Below, in pieces: positions 20,893 through 31,652 of a stretch of DNA of 64,000 nucleotides. The stretch's first letter is position 1. Every line of letters begins with the position of its first letter. The notes under the pieces are model-generated. The model was not told the DNA's origin and did no database searches. It saw nothing but the letters and a program-made list of their open reading frames with translations. Made by a program: the position numbers and the translations under genes. This DNA comes from Histomonas meleagridis 2922-C6/04-290x. Its lineage: Eukaryota > Protista > Parabasalia. The stretch is taken from assembly GCA_020184695.1 (NCBI GenBank), contig JAANOX010000190.1, forward strand, positions 124,001 through 188,000, given 5' to 3'.

Positions 20893-22350
20893 TTAATATC
20901 TAAATATCATCATCTGGATATTATCTTTCACCATTTGATCAACTTTTTCTTCTTCTGACATCGAACTGCTTTCTCTCTTTTTTCGAATCTGAATAGCAAT
21001 AACTATTATCACTACAATCAAAATAATTACAATTGGAACACACGCACCTATAGCAATTCCTATTATGTTTGATTGTGTAAATGTATTTGATTGAGCAAAT
21101 GAATTTGATTGTGTAAATGTATTTGATTGTGTAAATGTATTTGATTGTGTAAATGTATTTGATTTCGGTATTGTGCTTGATTTAGTAAATATATCAGACT
21201 TCGAAAATGTATTTGAACTGGAAAAAGATTTTGATTGTAAAAATGTTCTTGTATTTGAAATCGTATTTGATTGAGTAAAAGTAAGTGATGTTATGAATGA
21301 CCTTGTTGACCAAGGATCACAATCTTCAATTGTTGTTCCAATAGATACATTAAGCATACCGAATGATGTTGAATTATATGAATATAATGTCATAACATAT
21401 TGTGCAAAAATGCCAACAAATGCTGAGTAATGAATTATTGGCTCAGTCTGTCCATAAAAATAAATACATTTAAGAGAAACACATTCATAAAATGCATTTA
21501 TTCCAATTCTTTCTAAATTTTCTTCAAATATAACTTCTGATAGATTTAAACATTGCATGAAAGCAGAATCATAAATTGATGTTAACGCATAAGGAAATTT
21601 AATATTAAAAAGTGATTTACATTGAAAAAAACAATGTCCTCCAACTGTCGTAATATTTGTACCAAAAATAACATCTGATAATTTATAACACCCTTGAAAT
21701 GTTCTTTCATAAAGAGAAGTTATTAAATTTGGAATTCTTATTTTTTCGAGAGAAATACAAAAAATAAATGCGTAACTACCAATTGAAATTACATTTTCTC
21801 CTAGAATAATCTCAAATAATTTAGAACATCTTCCAAACGCTACTTCATTAATAGAGATTACTGAATTTGGAATTTTAATTTTTTCAATAAGCACACAAAC
21901 AGAAAATGCATATTCACCAATAGTTTTAACATTCTCACCAAAAATTATTTCAGTTAATTTGTTGCATCTTCCAAATGCTAAATCATCAATTAAAGTTACT
22001 GAATCTGGAATAACAATTTTTTCAAGAGATATGCAATTAAAAAATGAATAACTTCCAATAACTCTAAGATTTTTTCCAAAAATTACTTCTGTTAAGTTGA
22101 AACATTTCATAAATGCTGATTTATTAATGGAAATCACTGAATTACCAATTTCAGCAGAAAATAATTTTGGCCATTGATAGAAAGCTCGAAGTGGAATAAC
22201 AGTTATCCCATTTTCAATGATAACATATAATGTATCATTTGCATATTCTCTCGTAAATTCTTTAGGATCTCTTATTGTTAACCTTTTTGTTTCATCATTG
22301 AATTCTTCATGTGTATGTGTTAAAAATATCAACAACAAACAAACATTCAT
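20893..22350 (-). CDS. BspA-like TpLRR surface protein (signal peptide, LRR_5, (S/T)NTFTQ stalk, TM, short tail)
   Basis: IPxSVxxIxxxAFxxC repeats, a tandem 18-nt TQSNTF repeat at ~21065-21155 and a hydrophobic TM followed by RKKR. Confidence 0.92.
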   Translation of the reverse strand: MNVCLLLIFLTHTHEEFNDETKRLTIRDPKEFTREYANDTLYVIIENGITVIPLRAFYQWPKLFSAEIGNSVISINKSAFMKCFNLTEVIFGKNLRVIGSYSFFNCISLEKIVIPDSVTLIDDLAFGRCNKLTEIIFGENVKTIGEYAFSVCVLIEKIKIPNSVISINEVAFGRCSKLFEIILGENVISIGSYAFIFCISLEKIRIPNLITSLYERTFQGCYKLSDVIFGTNITTVGGHCFFQCKSLFNIKFPYALTSIYDSAFMQCLNLSEVIFEENLERIGINAFYECVSLKCIYFYGQTEPIIHYSAFVGIFAQYVMTLYSYNSTSFGMLNVSIGTTIEDCDPWSTRSFITSLTFTQSNTISNTRTFLQSKSFSSSNTFSKSDIFTKSSTIPKSNTFTQSNTFTQSNTFTQSNSFAQSNTFTQSNIIGIAIGACVPIVIILIVVIIVIAIQIRKKRESSSMSEEEKVDQMVKDNIQMMIFRY

Positions 22351-23119
22351 TTTTATGACAAAAAAATGATGTGAAGGATGATGAAAGTATTCAAATTTTG
22401 AAAGTCATAACAAAATTTGAGAGCATTTGTTCGAACAAATAGGATAAGAAAAAGTGAATGAGTAAATCATTAAATTTCGGGGCGTCCCATTAAATGATAA
22501 AGTTTTCAATATTGAATGACAATATAATAAACCATCAAAAAATTCTAGGAATGCATTCAGTGTTGTCATGATTGCCATTAATTGGTTTGAAATCAATTTT
22601 ACCATGATTAAAAATTATTTAAACTTTTCACTTCAACTTTGGATACATACTAGTCCACATAAAATAAAAATAATTATTCAAATGATGAAAAATGAATTCT
22701 TTCGAATGAATTCATTTGGACTTCATGCATAAAAAAGTTGATCAACAGGATATTAAACTCAATGGTTTCCATTACTTCTACGTAAAAACTTTTCGTATAA
22801 AAATTTGGAGTAAACATCTCTTTTTGACAGAAATTCAAAGCAAGGGCACCCTAATTCTACTTTTTCTTGTAAAATAAAGTTATCAATAAATTTGTAAATC
22901 AAACAAATTTCACTTATCCTGATCGTTTAGAAATTGATGTTTTGGTTTTGGAAATTTTTCTGTGTTGTTAAAATCAATTGTTTCTATCTTAATTTATCTC
23001 CAAAAATTTTTTTCTGAAATATTTATCATAAAAATAAGTAAAATATATATTTGAAAAATACATTTTTTTATTATTCAAAAATTCTTTTCGCGGGCTTTAT
23101 TAAACGGTTTCATTTGACA

Positions 23120-25237
23120 ATGAGTGAAGGGCAAATTTCTCTTTCTGATTACGAGACAGTCGAAGACGTTCCACATGTTCCAGGGAGCCATGGTCAATGT
23201 AGAATTGTTAAAAATGCCGACGGTGAATTATTTGTTGCCAAACAATTTACAATATTTGATCCCCTCATTGACGAAAATGATTATGAGCCTTTAATGAGAA
23301 AAATAATGAGCATTGACCATCCTTCACTTGTTAAGACCATTGGATATTCTTTAGAAAATCCTGATCCTTCCGATTTTTCTCCTCAACTTACTGTTATAAC
23401 CAAATATTATCCCAACGGATCCCTCGAAGCGATTTTAAATCGTGCTGCTAATGGTGAAAATGTTGAAAAATGGAATAATACAACAAAAGATAAAATAATC
23501 GTTGGCCTTTCCAAAGCATTAAAGTTCTTACATAGCCGTGACATAATACATGGCTGTCTTAAGCCAACCAATGTTCTTTTTAACGAAAACTTCGAACCCG
23601 TAATATCAGATTATGGTTATTCGAGCTATTTCCCAAACAATTTCTCTACAGCTGATCTAGAGTCCATTGGTAACAGTATAAACTATCTTCCAAGAGACAT
23701 TTTTAGTGGAGAATTCTTTGATAATCAAAAAGCTGTGGATATATATGCACTTGGTCTAATTATACATGAAATTGTCACAGGAAATCGTCTCTTTGAAGGT
23801 AGTAGCCTTACACTTAAGCTTCCAAAGATCAAAGAAGGATTTGATCTTGATTTAAATTCATGTCCCGAAACACTCAAGCCATTAATTTCCACTTGTATCA
23901 AATCCGAAAATGAGCGGCCAGCTATTGAACAAATAGACAAGAAACTTACTGAATCATCCAATGCACTTTTACCTGATATTGATCAATCAATAATTTCCGA
24001 ATATGTTAATTCAATTACAACGTATGAAAATAATCTTATTCAAGCGCAAATTTTATCGCCGAAGAAACTATCGCCAGAGCGCACGCAGCCATTCAAGAAC
24101 ATCAAAGCCGGAATTTCTGACACATCAAATATTGAACGAAGTAAACATTACAATTCTCTATCGGAGGAAGCACGTCAACTTTTAGATGCAAGTTCAAGCG
24201 GCGACACCAAACTATATAACCTTATCTCACTCTTATTTTATAAAGGTAATGAAGGTTTTCCACAAGATTATGAAGAAGCCCTTCGTTACGCCAAATTATC
24301 CGCATATAATAATGACTCAACAGGAATGCATATTTATGCATGTTATTTAAGTAATGGTATAGGAGGACCACGAAACATGAAAGTTGCAAGCGATATGTTT
24401 AAGAAATCTGCAGATTCATCAACATCTAATATAAATTCAATATTAGCATATGCTTATATGCGAGAAAAAGGTTATGGAAGCGAATTTCCAAATTATTCAC
24501 AAGCACAAGAATATTATAAACGCGCTGCAGATATGGGTAATGTTGAAGCTAAATTCCATTACTTTAGGATTCAACGTAGAAGCCAATTAACAAAAGAAGA
24601 TGTATTAAACATTAAAGAAGCCGCAGACAATGGAATTATTGATGCACAAGTACAATATGGTTATTGTTTAATGAAAGGCATTGGTGTGGATAAAGATGAA
24701 ACAGAGTCAGTGAAATATTATCAAATGGCAATAGAAGGAAATTCACCTTCAAGTGATGCGTTTTGTAATTTAGGTTATTTCTATCAAAATGGTATCGGCG
24801 GCTTAGAAAAAGATTATGAAAAAGCCGTTGAATACTATAAAAAAGCCGCTGAAATGAATAACCCTATCGGCGTTGTAAACTATGGAATTATGCTGCGGTT
24901 AGGATTGGGCGTGGAGAAAAATGAAGAAGATTCAACCGAGTTGTTCAAGAAGGCTGCTGACATGAAAAACACAGCTGGAATGTACTACTATGGTTATGCT
25001 TTATGCAAAGGTATTGGAGTCAAAGTTGATCAAAGAGTTGGTGTGGAATATTTTAGACAAGCTGCAGATGACAAGAATCCTTTTGTTAAAGCAGTGTACG
25101 CATATGGTTATGTACTCGAAAATGGTATTGGTGGAGTGAAAAAGGATATTAAAGAAGCTGATAGATATTATGGAAGAGCGGTAAAAATGGGTTATGAATT
25201 GGCTAACGAAGCACTCAAAAGAATTAGAGGGAAATAA
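23120..25237 (+). CDS. TKL-like (pseudo)kinase fused to SEL1/TPR repeats
   Basis: ATG at 23120 after Inr-like TCATTT. Kinase fold with HGCLKPTN (no catalytic Asp) and SDYG; multiple YYxxAAxxG SEL1 repeats. Confidence 0.9.
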   Translation: MSEGQISLSDYETVEDVPHVPGSHGQCRIVKNADGELFVAKQFTIFDPLIDENDYEPLMRKIMSIDHPSLVKTIGYSLENPDPSDFSPQLTVITKYYPNGSLEAILNRAANGENVEKWNNTTKDKIIVGLSKALKFLHSRDIIHGCLKPTNVLFNENFEPVISDYGYSSYFPNNFSTADLESIGNSINYLPRDIFSGEFFDNQKAVDIYALGLIIHEIVTGNRLFEGSSLTLKLPKIKEGFDLDLNSCPETLKPLISTCIKSENERPAIEQIDKKLTESSNALLPDIDQSIISEYVNSITTYENNLIQAQILSPKKLSPERTQPFKNIKAGISDTSNIERSKHYNSLSEEARQLLDASSSGDTKLYNLISLLFYKGNEGFPQDYEEALRYAKLSAYNNDSTGMHIYACYLSNGIGGPRNMKVASDMFKKSADSSTSNINSILAYAYMREKGYGSEFPNYSQAQEYYKRAADMGNVEAKFHYFRIQRRSQLTKEDVLNIKEAADNGIIDAQVQYGYCLMKGIGVDKDETESVKYYQMAIEGNSPSSDAFCNLGYFYQNGIGGLEKDYEKAVEYYKKAAEMNNPIGVVNYGIMLRLGLGVEKNEEDSTELFKKAADMKNTAGMYYYGYALCKGIGVKVDQRVGVEYFRQAADDKNPFVKAVYAYGYVLENGIGGVKKDIKEADRYYGRAVKMGYELANEALKRIRGK

Positions 25238-25499
25238 GTCTAAAAAATGATTTATGTAACTGTTTTTTGTACTTGGGTTTGCGATTCAATGTAACTGTTT
25301 TTTGAATTCGATTTAATCGTCATAAATTCTATCGTACTATGATTTTTGTGAACAAAATCATTCATCATTGAAAGATGCATATGAAACAGCAATACAATTT
25401 CATAGAAATGATATTTTTATATATCTTTATGAAAACAAAATTGGAAAAATTAATAATTTAACTGGATTAGGAATTAAATGTATTTTATATTATAATTAT

Positions 25500-25978
25500 G
25501 ATTTTTAAAATTAGTATTTGGAAATTATTTTAAATTTTTAAAACAGCACTTATGAATGCTGTTAAAAATGGTAATATCGAAATAGTTAAATTACTTCTTA
25601 AACAAAATAGAATCAATATCAATATTAAAGATATCTATTTGTCTTATTTAATATTTTTATCATTAACTTAATGTTTTAATTTAATATTTGGTGAATATTT
25701 AAATTATGTCATACGGCACTAACATGTGCATCTTTAAATGGTAATACAGAAATAGTTAAATTGCTTTTTAAACAAGAAGGAATTAATATCAATGCCAAAG
25801 ACATTTGTTTGTTTTATTTAATATTTATTCGAATAATTTAATGTTTTATAGTAATATTTGGAAATTATTCAAAATATTTGAGACGGCACTGATGTTTGCA
25901 TCAGAAAAAGGTTATACAGATATAGTTCAATTGCTTCTTGAACAAAAAGGAACTGATATTAATATTCAAAATATTTAA
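25500..25978 (+). repeat. Three ankyrin-repeat units with exact 170-nt period, separated by 77-nt frame-breaking spacers
   Basis: TAL codons start at 25543, 25713 and 25883. Each unit is 31 open codons (e.g. TALMFASEKGYTDIVQLLLEQKGTDINIQNI). Confidence 0.9.
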
Positions 25979-26722
25979 TTTTTTTGTTTAAAATTTATAT
26001 AAAAATCTTGGATTTAAAAATTAAATTTGGAATATATATATATAAATTATTTAAAATAGTAAAATATTACTTGTGAAAATGTTCAGATATTATCATTTGC
26101 TTCATATCGTATAATTAATAAAAATGGTCAGAGCTAGGTCTGATTTTTACATTTTTTAAATGATTATTTGAATATTTTAGAATCATACTTTTCTTGTTTA
26201 CGAATGTTTGGCTCTTAATATCTAAATCATATACCAAAAAATAAAATAATTTATAATACATCGTTTTTCCAAATCAATCAATTGTTGGATCTTTATTTGA
26301 GCTCAAAGGATTCTTGTTATATAAATATAATAGGAATTTTAGCGAATTCTATATTCTTTAATGAAAAACTTTTTTATAGGAAAATAACACTCATTTTGAA
26401 AATATGATTTTTTTCGAAAAACAGAATCCATTCGGAAATTCATATAAAAATATTTTTTCGGCATTAATTCTCCAAAAAAAAAAAAAAATTAAATTCTGTT
26501 GGGAAATTCTTTTGTTTACGGGAAAAAATTCATTCCAAATCGCTTATAGCTTTCGAAAATCGTATATCGTTCGCAATTTGGATAACAATATTAATATTCA
26601 ATTTATTAAAAATGTTGTGACTAGCACTTTAATATTTCTTCAACAAGTGGCTGTGTATTTATATTTTCGAGTAATGAAACTTCAAATATTTTGTATTCAC
26701 AACCTTACAAATGCAATTTACA

Positions 26723-27075
26723 TTACTCTTTTACATCATCTAATGTAAAAAATTTTCCATACGTTTTATCGCATTTGTTATTGTATACAACAATAAATTG
26801 AGGTCTTTCACCAGTTTTAAGATGTTCATCGACTAACTCAAATGTTTTGAAACAATTTGATTGGTTAGGACTGAGAACAATAATTATCTTATCCGCACCA
26901 CGGAGATACAAAACATAAAGCATAAAACACTTTTCATCTGCTGATATGTCCCATAAGTCAAGATGTTTTAATAATGTTAAGCAAAACTCTATTGGTTGGA
27001 GTATAATCACCATGCTTAGTGCCTAATAAAATTTCATTAAGGGTTGTTTTACCTGTGATGCCAGCATTTGATATT
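26723..27075 (-). pseudogene. Ras-superfamily small GTPase relic
   Basis: Degenerate AGITGKTT, YTPT, LWDISA, YLRGAD and NKCD across frameshifts. Confidence 0.65.
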
Positions 27076-27361
27076 TTTCTTGTGTTCAATTTTTTCTTCT
27101 GAATAACTGGCTAATCCTGTGTGGCCCATATACTTTCCTCAACGGCCTCTTACAACGTAGGGCCCATCACGTGAGAACGAATTTTATGTACGATTGATTT
27201 TGACTAAAAATTCGGCAATTGTTAGACGATCAAAAAGCACCGAAAAAGCCATTTCATCATGGTTAATAATATGAAAAAGTAAATCTTTTTGAAATGAAAA
27301 AGTCGGCTCCTCTCAAAATGTTTAGTTGAACTGTCAATTGACAGTTCGATTGTATTTTCAA

Positions 27362-28501
27362 ATGTTTTTTCTCCTTATTGTTTGTTCTTTATCAGATTTC
27401 CAACGTATTGATTTCATAAGAGGTCATGATGATGAATGCAAACCTGAAATACACGAAGAAGAATTGAAGAAAGAATGCACAAGGAAATCATCTGAAGTTT
27501 TTTGTGATAATTATATCAAATATTATGAAGTATTAAACGAAAATACTGTTTGCGAAATTGATTATTCAAAGCTCTCAAAGATTGAGAGTTTGGTAAAATC
27601 GGATTTTGTTTCAATATTTCCAGTGAGCTCATATTCGGAGGAAATTGGTAACTTTTCAAGTATATCTGGAAAGCATCGTGTGTGGATTGGATCTTCTAAT
27701 GGTTTCTTTGCCAGTGCTGATGTTTCAAATTCAATTCCACTTCTTGTTTTTGAAGGGTCAGGCTATAACTTTAAAGGGAAATTCAAGGGCGATCACATAG
27801 TATTTTATGATCCTTATTCTTATTCATTTGACATAAGTGATATTGAAGCAAATCATATTTATAGCAATGATCTTTCTCTAGTTAAAGCATCTAATGCAAA
27901 AGAAAAAACATACATTGTACAATCGCTCAAAAAGATTGTAGTTAGCGACGATACTTATACAATACACACTTCAGGAGGACCCACGGATACATTATCATCA
28001 GATATTTCGATTATGGTAAGTCCATATGCCGAATCATCATATAACATTGAAATTGAACAAGAAAAAGGAATAAATTCTGCGAAAACACTTAAAATATTAT
28101 TTGAAGAACCAGAAATCGCATTTAATTCTAATCTTTATGGTAATTCATATATAGTTTTTAAAGGAGGAAAAGTTAAAGATATTGACAAACTCATTGAAGC
28201 AAAAGTTGGATTTGATTTTAAAGGTGATTGGGATAATTTAAAGGATTTTAAGTTGGATTTAACAACTTATACATCAAGTAAAGATAAAATCGATACTTCT
28301 GGCATTCCGAATTCTGTTTCATATGAAATAAAAGAAGATGAAACATTTGGGAAAGCGGCTGATGATGGCGATGGATTATCGAAAGGTATGATAGCTGTCA
28401 TTGTCGTAGTCGTTGTTGTTGTTGTAATTATTGTTGTTGTCATTATTATCGTTGTCATTAAAAAGAAGAAGAAGAATGCTCAAGTTAAAAACCTTGAATA
28501 A
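27362..28501 (+). CDS. Type I membrane protein of unknown function
   Basis: Signal-like MFFLLIVCSLS, a Val/Ile TM and a KKKKK stop-transfer at the C-terminus. Confidence 0.85.
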   Translation: MFFLLIVCSLSDFQRIDFIRGHDDECKPEIHEEELKKECTRKSSEVFCDNYIKYYEVLNENTVCEIDYSKLSKIESLVKSDFVSIFPVSSYSEEIGNFSSISGKHRVWIGSSNGFFASADVSNSIPLLVFEGSGYNFKGKFKGDHIVFYDPYSYSFDISDIEANHIYSNDLSLVKASNAKEKTYIVQSLKKIVVSDDTYTIHTSGGPTDTLSSDISIMVSPYAESSYNIEIEQEKGINSAKTLKILFEEPEIAFNSNLYGNSYIVFKGGKVKDIDKLIEAKVGFDFKGDWDNLKDFKLDLTTYTSSKDKIDTSGIPNSVSYEIKEDETFGKAADDGDGLSKGMIAVIVVVVVVVVIIVVVIIIVVIKKKKKNAQVKNLE

Positions 28502-28734
28502 AAACTGTTTCATTTTAATTGTTAAGAAAAAAGATAGTAAATTCTAAATTGTACATCAAGTAAATGGAAAATGTCTTAAAATTCGGATATTTTTGATAGA
28601 ATTGTATATGTCCCGAATAATAAGTTCGAATGGAAAAAAATGTGTTGGGTAAAACACGATTCACAAATTGTTGATTCTTTGAAATTTATTTTAAATGTTT
28701 TTTATTGATTGAAGTGATGTAATAAATGTTTTAA

Positions 28735-28865
28735 ATTTTTAATTATTTCTATGTTTCCATTTAAAGATGCAAACATAAGTACTGTCATAAATAAAGCAAA
28801 TGTTTCCCAGATATTATTTTGAAATATCAAATGATTAAAGGTGGAGTTCAAACTGTTTGTTGCCA
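28735..28865 (-). pseudogene. Solitary ankyrin/spacer unit
   Basis: Minus strand LIFQNNIWETFALFMTVLMFASLNGNIEII belongs to the same family as 25500-25978. Confidence 0.7.
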
Positions 28866-28929
28866 CAAAATTTTTATTAATTCTTAATAATGATGCTAGT
28901 TTTTCCAATTCTACAGGGATAATGGAAAC

Positions 28930-29170
28930 ACAACGATAGCCCAACTTAAAAGCGGTTTTACCCATATCGTACATGATTTTCTGAATATAACCGTTTTGGG
29001 CAACGATACGGGCAACTTTGGTAACGATATGGACTAATTGAGTGATTTTTGATCGTGTTGTTATTCAAATTTGAATACAGCCGCTTGGGTAACGATATGG
29101 GCAACGATACGGGCTAATTGAATGATATTATTATTTACCATCGTACCATCAAACGAATTACCTGTAACAC
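28930..29170. repeat. Cluster of AACGATA(C/T)GG motifs; probable transposon-end or dispersed-repeat remnant
   Basis: Four direct copies at ~29002, 29023, 29090 and 29103, plus an inverted CCCATATCGT at 28961. Related sequence at ~57665-57720. Confidence 0.6.
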
Positions 29171-29671
29171 TCAACTTATTATACTAATTAATTCCATCAA
29201 AACATATGACATATGACAATCATGCCAAAATTAGTATGTTTAATTCAATAATGGCACTAAAAAAATTGCAAATTTCATCATTATATTATTATAAATTTTG
29301 GATTTGGCAATCTAAAAATTTAAAGGTCAACCCATAATTTCAAAATTTCATTACTCGAAATTATAGTAATCAAAATTGAAGAAATTGAAACATATTCTTA
29401 TAAGATAGATATTAACAGATGTATTTGAAAAAAGTCGATCATTTTACACTCAAAAATTACATAAACTATTTAATTAAAAATCAAAAAAAATTCAAAATAT
29501 CTTAATATATAATATATTCAAACATAATAAAACAATGTTTTTAAATATTACATATCTAGTGTTATATACTCATATAATATTTAAACTTTTTATTGAGGAA
29601 ATATTCGTCAGGTACCATTAACGTTTTTTGACACACCACATTTTTTGTTTACAGAAATCTCAAATGATTTT

Positions 29672-29708
29672 GGGATATTTTTTTTGCCCAGGGCAAAAAA
29701 AATATCCC
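29672..29708. repeat. Perfect 18-bp inverted repeat with a 1-nt spacer
   Basis: GGGATATTTTTTTTGCCC-A-GGGCAAAAAAAATATCCC. Confidence 0.92.
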
Positions 29709-30368
29709 GAATTAGCAACATTATTCTTAATTATCAAAAAATCTTCAAACTAAATATCTATTTTTTGTAAATAAATGGGATTTCTTACACGAATATTATG
29801 TTTTTGAAAATTATATGAATATTTTCTGAATTGATGAATAATAATTTATCAATTTTAAGATATTAAAAAAACGCTCTATTACATTGAAGGAAATTGTTCA
29901 TCGTTATGTTTATTACGTAAATTTTATTACAACAAAATATATTTTAAATTTATGAATGAATTCATAATGTTAAAATGGAAATATCTCGAAATTGTCAGGA
30001 TGCTTTCCAAAAATAGAATTTTTAGAAAAGAAATCTTGAATATAATATTATATTTTATTTGTTAACTATAAGGTCAAAATATCATTCAACGAAAGCACCG
30101 TACCTCTTTTTTGTTGGCATAATGATTTTTCTATGTGTTTTCTTTTGATGTATTGTGATTATCTCCATATAGATCTATATCATGCTTAGATGAAAAGGTA
30201 CCTAAATTACTACTATAATAAAATAAAGAAAACCTTTTTGTTAAAGCACAATTTTCATAAAATTATTCAGTATCAGTCTTTTTACTCATGAAGTTTGTAC
30301 AAAATTTTATGCAGTCATTTTTCGGTTTCAGAAAAAGTTCAATAGTTTATTGCATTAAAACTTTCGTT

Positions 30369-31652
30369 ATGCTTTGCTTTTTGCTGCCATTGGCTTATTC
30401 TTTTGAAGTCAATTATTCACTAGCGCCACCAATGACAAAAACAGATGTTCATGAAATGGGCCAGTGGTCTATGCAGGGTGTTGCTGTAAATATGAAAAAA
30501 TTTATCAGATTGACTTCTAACATAAATAATGCAAAATCCCCTGCTGATTATGGCGCAATTTGCAACAGGGTTCCAACAACATTCAGAGATTGGTTAGTTG
30601 AATTCGAAATCTCTGCAAAAAATGGTGGATTAACTGGTGGCGAAGATTTCTTCATTTTTTACACAGAGGAGGTATGCCCGATTTATTCTGAAACATCACA
30701 TGGCATTATACTTGATTTTAAGACTTCACAAACAGATGTTGATAATTTGACTCCAATTTACCTTATTTCAAATTTAAACACAACAATAGCTCCACAAACC
30801 AGAACCGAGTTAAGAAATAAAAATGTCCCAACACGTTTCAGGCTCACTAAAAGAGGTGAAAAAATAACACTAGAACAATTTCAAGATTACAAATTCCGTA
30901 TGCTTATATCTGAAGACGTTCCTGGGTTACCACCATTTGGTTACTTTTCCGTAATGGCTGTTTCCGATGAATTTTCTGATGATAATGATCTTCATTCATT
31001 TATGACATTAGCCTTAAGTTCTGTCATAGAGAAAGAATATGACCCATCACTTTCCAACAAGAACCGTAAAATCATTGACTATGATTTCCAAGAGCGTAAA
31101 AAGAAAAAGTATGAAAGAAGATTAAACATGCCTACAGTTCGAAAATACATAACAGAAGCAACTGAAAAAAACAACAAACTATTTGACGGCCAATATAACT
31201 TGATAGATGCCTTTCGAATCATCAACGAAACCATATCAAGGCTTGATTCGTCTGTATCGTTGGAGTCTCTGAAAAAGTTCGTGGAGACCGTTATAAAGGA
31301 CTCAATTTTGGAAGCCGCTAAAACGATCAGTTTCGGGTTTGAGCAATTTTCCGAGATTAGATCCGAAACTCAAGAATTATGGAGCGGCCTTAGATCAAAC
31401 CTTCTGGAAATGAACTTGGAAACAAAACAAGAAATGGAAAAAATTAAATCTGATTTTAAGGACTTGGCGGAATTGATGCTGATAGATGACAATGGAATAG
31501 ATATAAGAGATTTGGATATTCCAAAGGCAAGGGAAAATCAGTCTACTGTCTCGAAGGTGCTAATAGTGATTATGATTATCGAGGTTTTGTCGTATGTTTT
31601 GTTCTTTGTCGTAAAACATAGACGAACAAGCGGCTTCAAGAAGATAGATTAA
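30369..31652 (+). CDS. L-type (legume-like) lectin, ERGIC-53/VIP36-like cargo receptor
   Basis: Signal peptide MLCFLLPLAYS, IRLT...GAICNRVP...W.VEFEI beta-sandwich motifs, coiled stalk, TM and a C-terminal KKID (KKxx) motif. Confidence 0.8.
   Translation: MLCFLLPLAYSFEVNYSLAPPMTKTDVHEMGQWSMQGVAVNMKKFIRLTSNINNAKSPADYGAICNRVPTTFRDWLVEFEISAKNGGLTGGEDFFIFYTEEVCPIYSETSHGIILDFKTSQTDVDNLTPIYLISNLNTTIAPQTRTELRNKNVPTRFRLTKRGEKITLEQFQDYKFRMLISEDVPGLPPFGYFSVMAVSDEFSDDNDLHSFMTLALSSVIEKEYDPSLSNKNRKIIDYDFQERKKKKYERRLNMPTVRKYITEATEKNNKLFDGQYNLIDAFRIINETISRLDSSVSLESLKKFVETVIKDSILEAAKTISFGFEQFSEIRSETQELWSGLRSNLLEMNLETKQEMEKIKSDFKDLAELMLIDDNGIDIRDLDIPKARENQSTVSKVLIVIMIIEVLSYVLFFVVKHRRTSGFKKID

Noticed and set aside
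25630-25714. Ankyrin spacers as U12-type AT-AC introns (ATATCT...AC)
   Set aside because: Splicing at those dinucleotides gives AAA GGG CAC TAA (frameshift and stop), and there is no TCCTTAAC branch site.
25500-25978. CRISPR-like repeat-spacer array
   Set aside because: Eukaryotic context, both parts of the unit are homologous between copies, and there are no cas genes.
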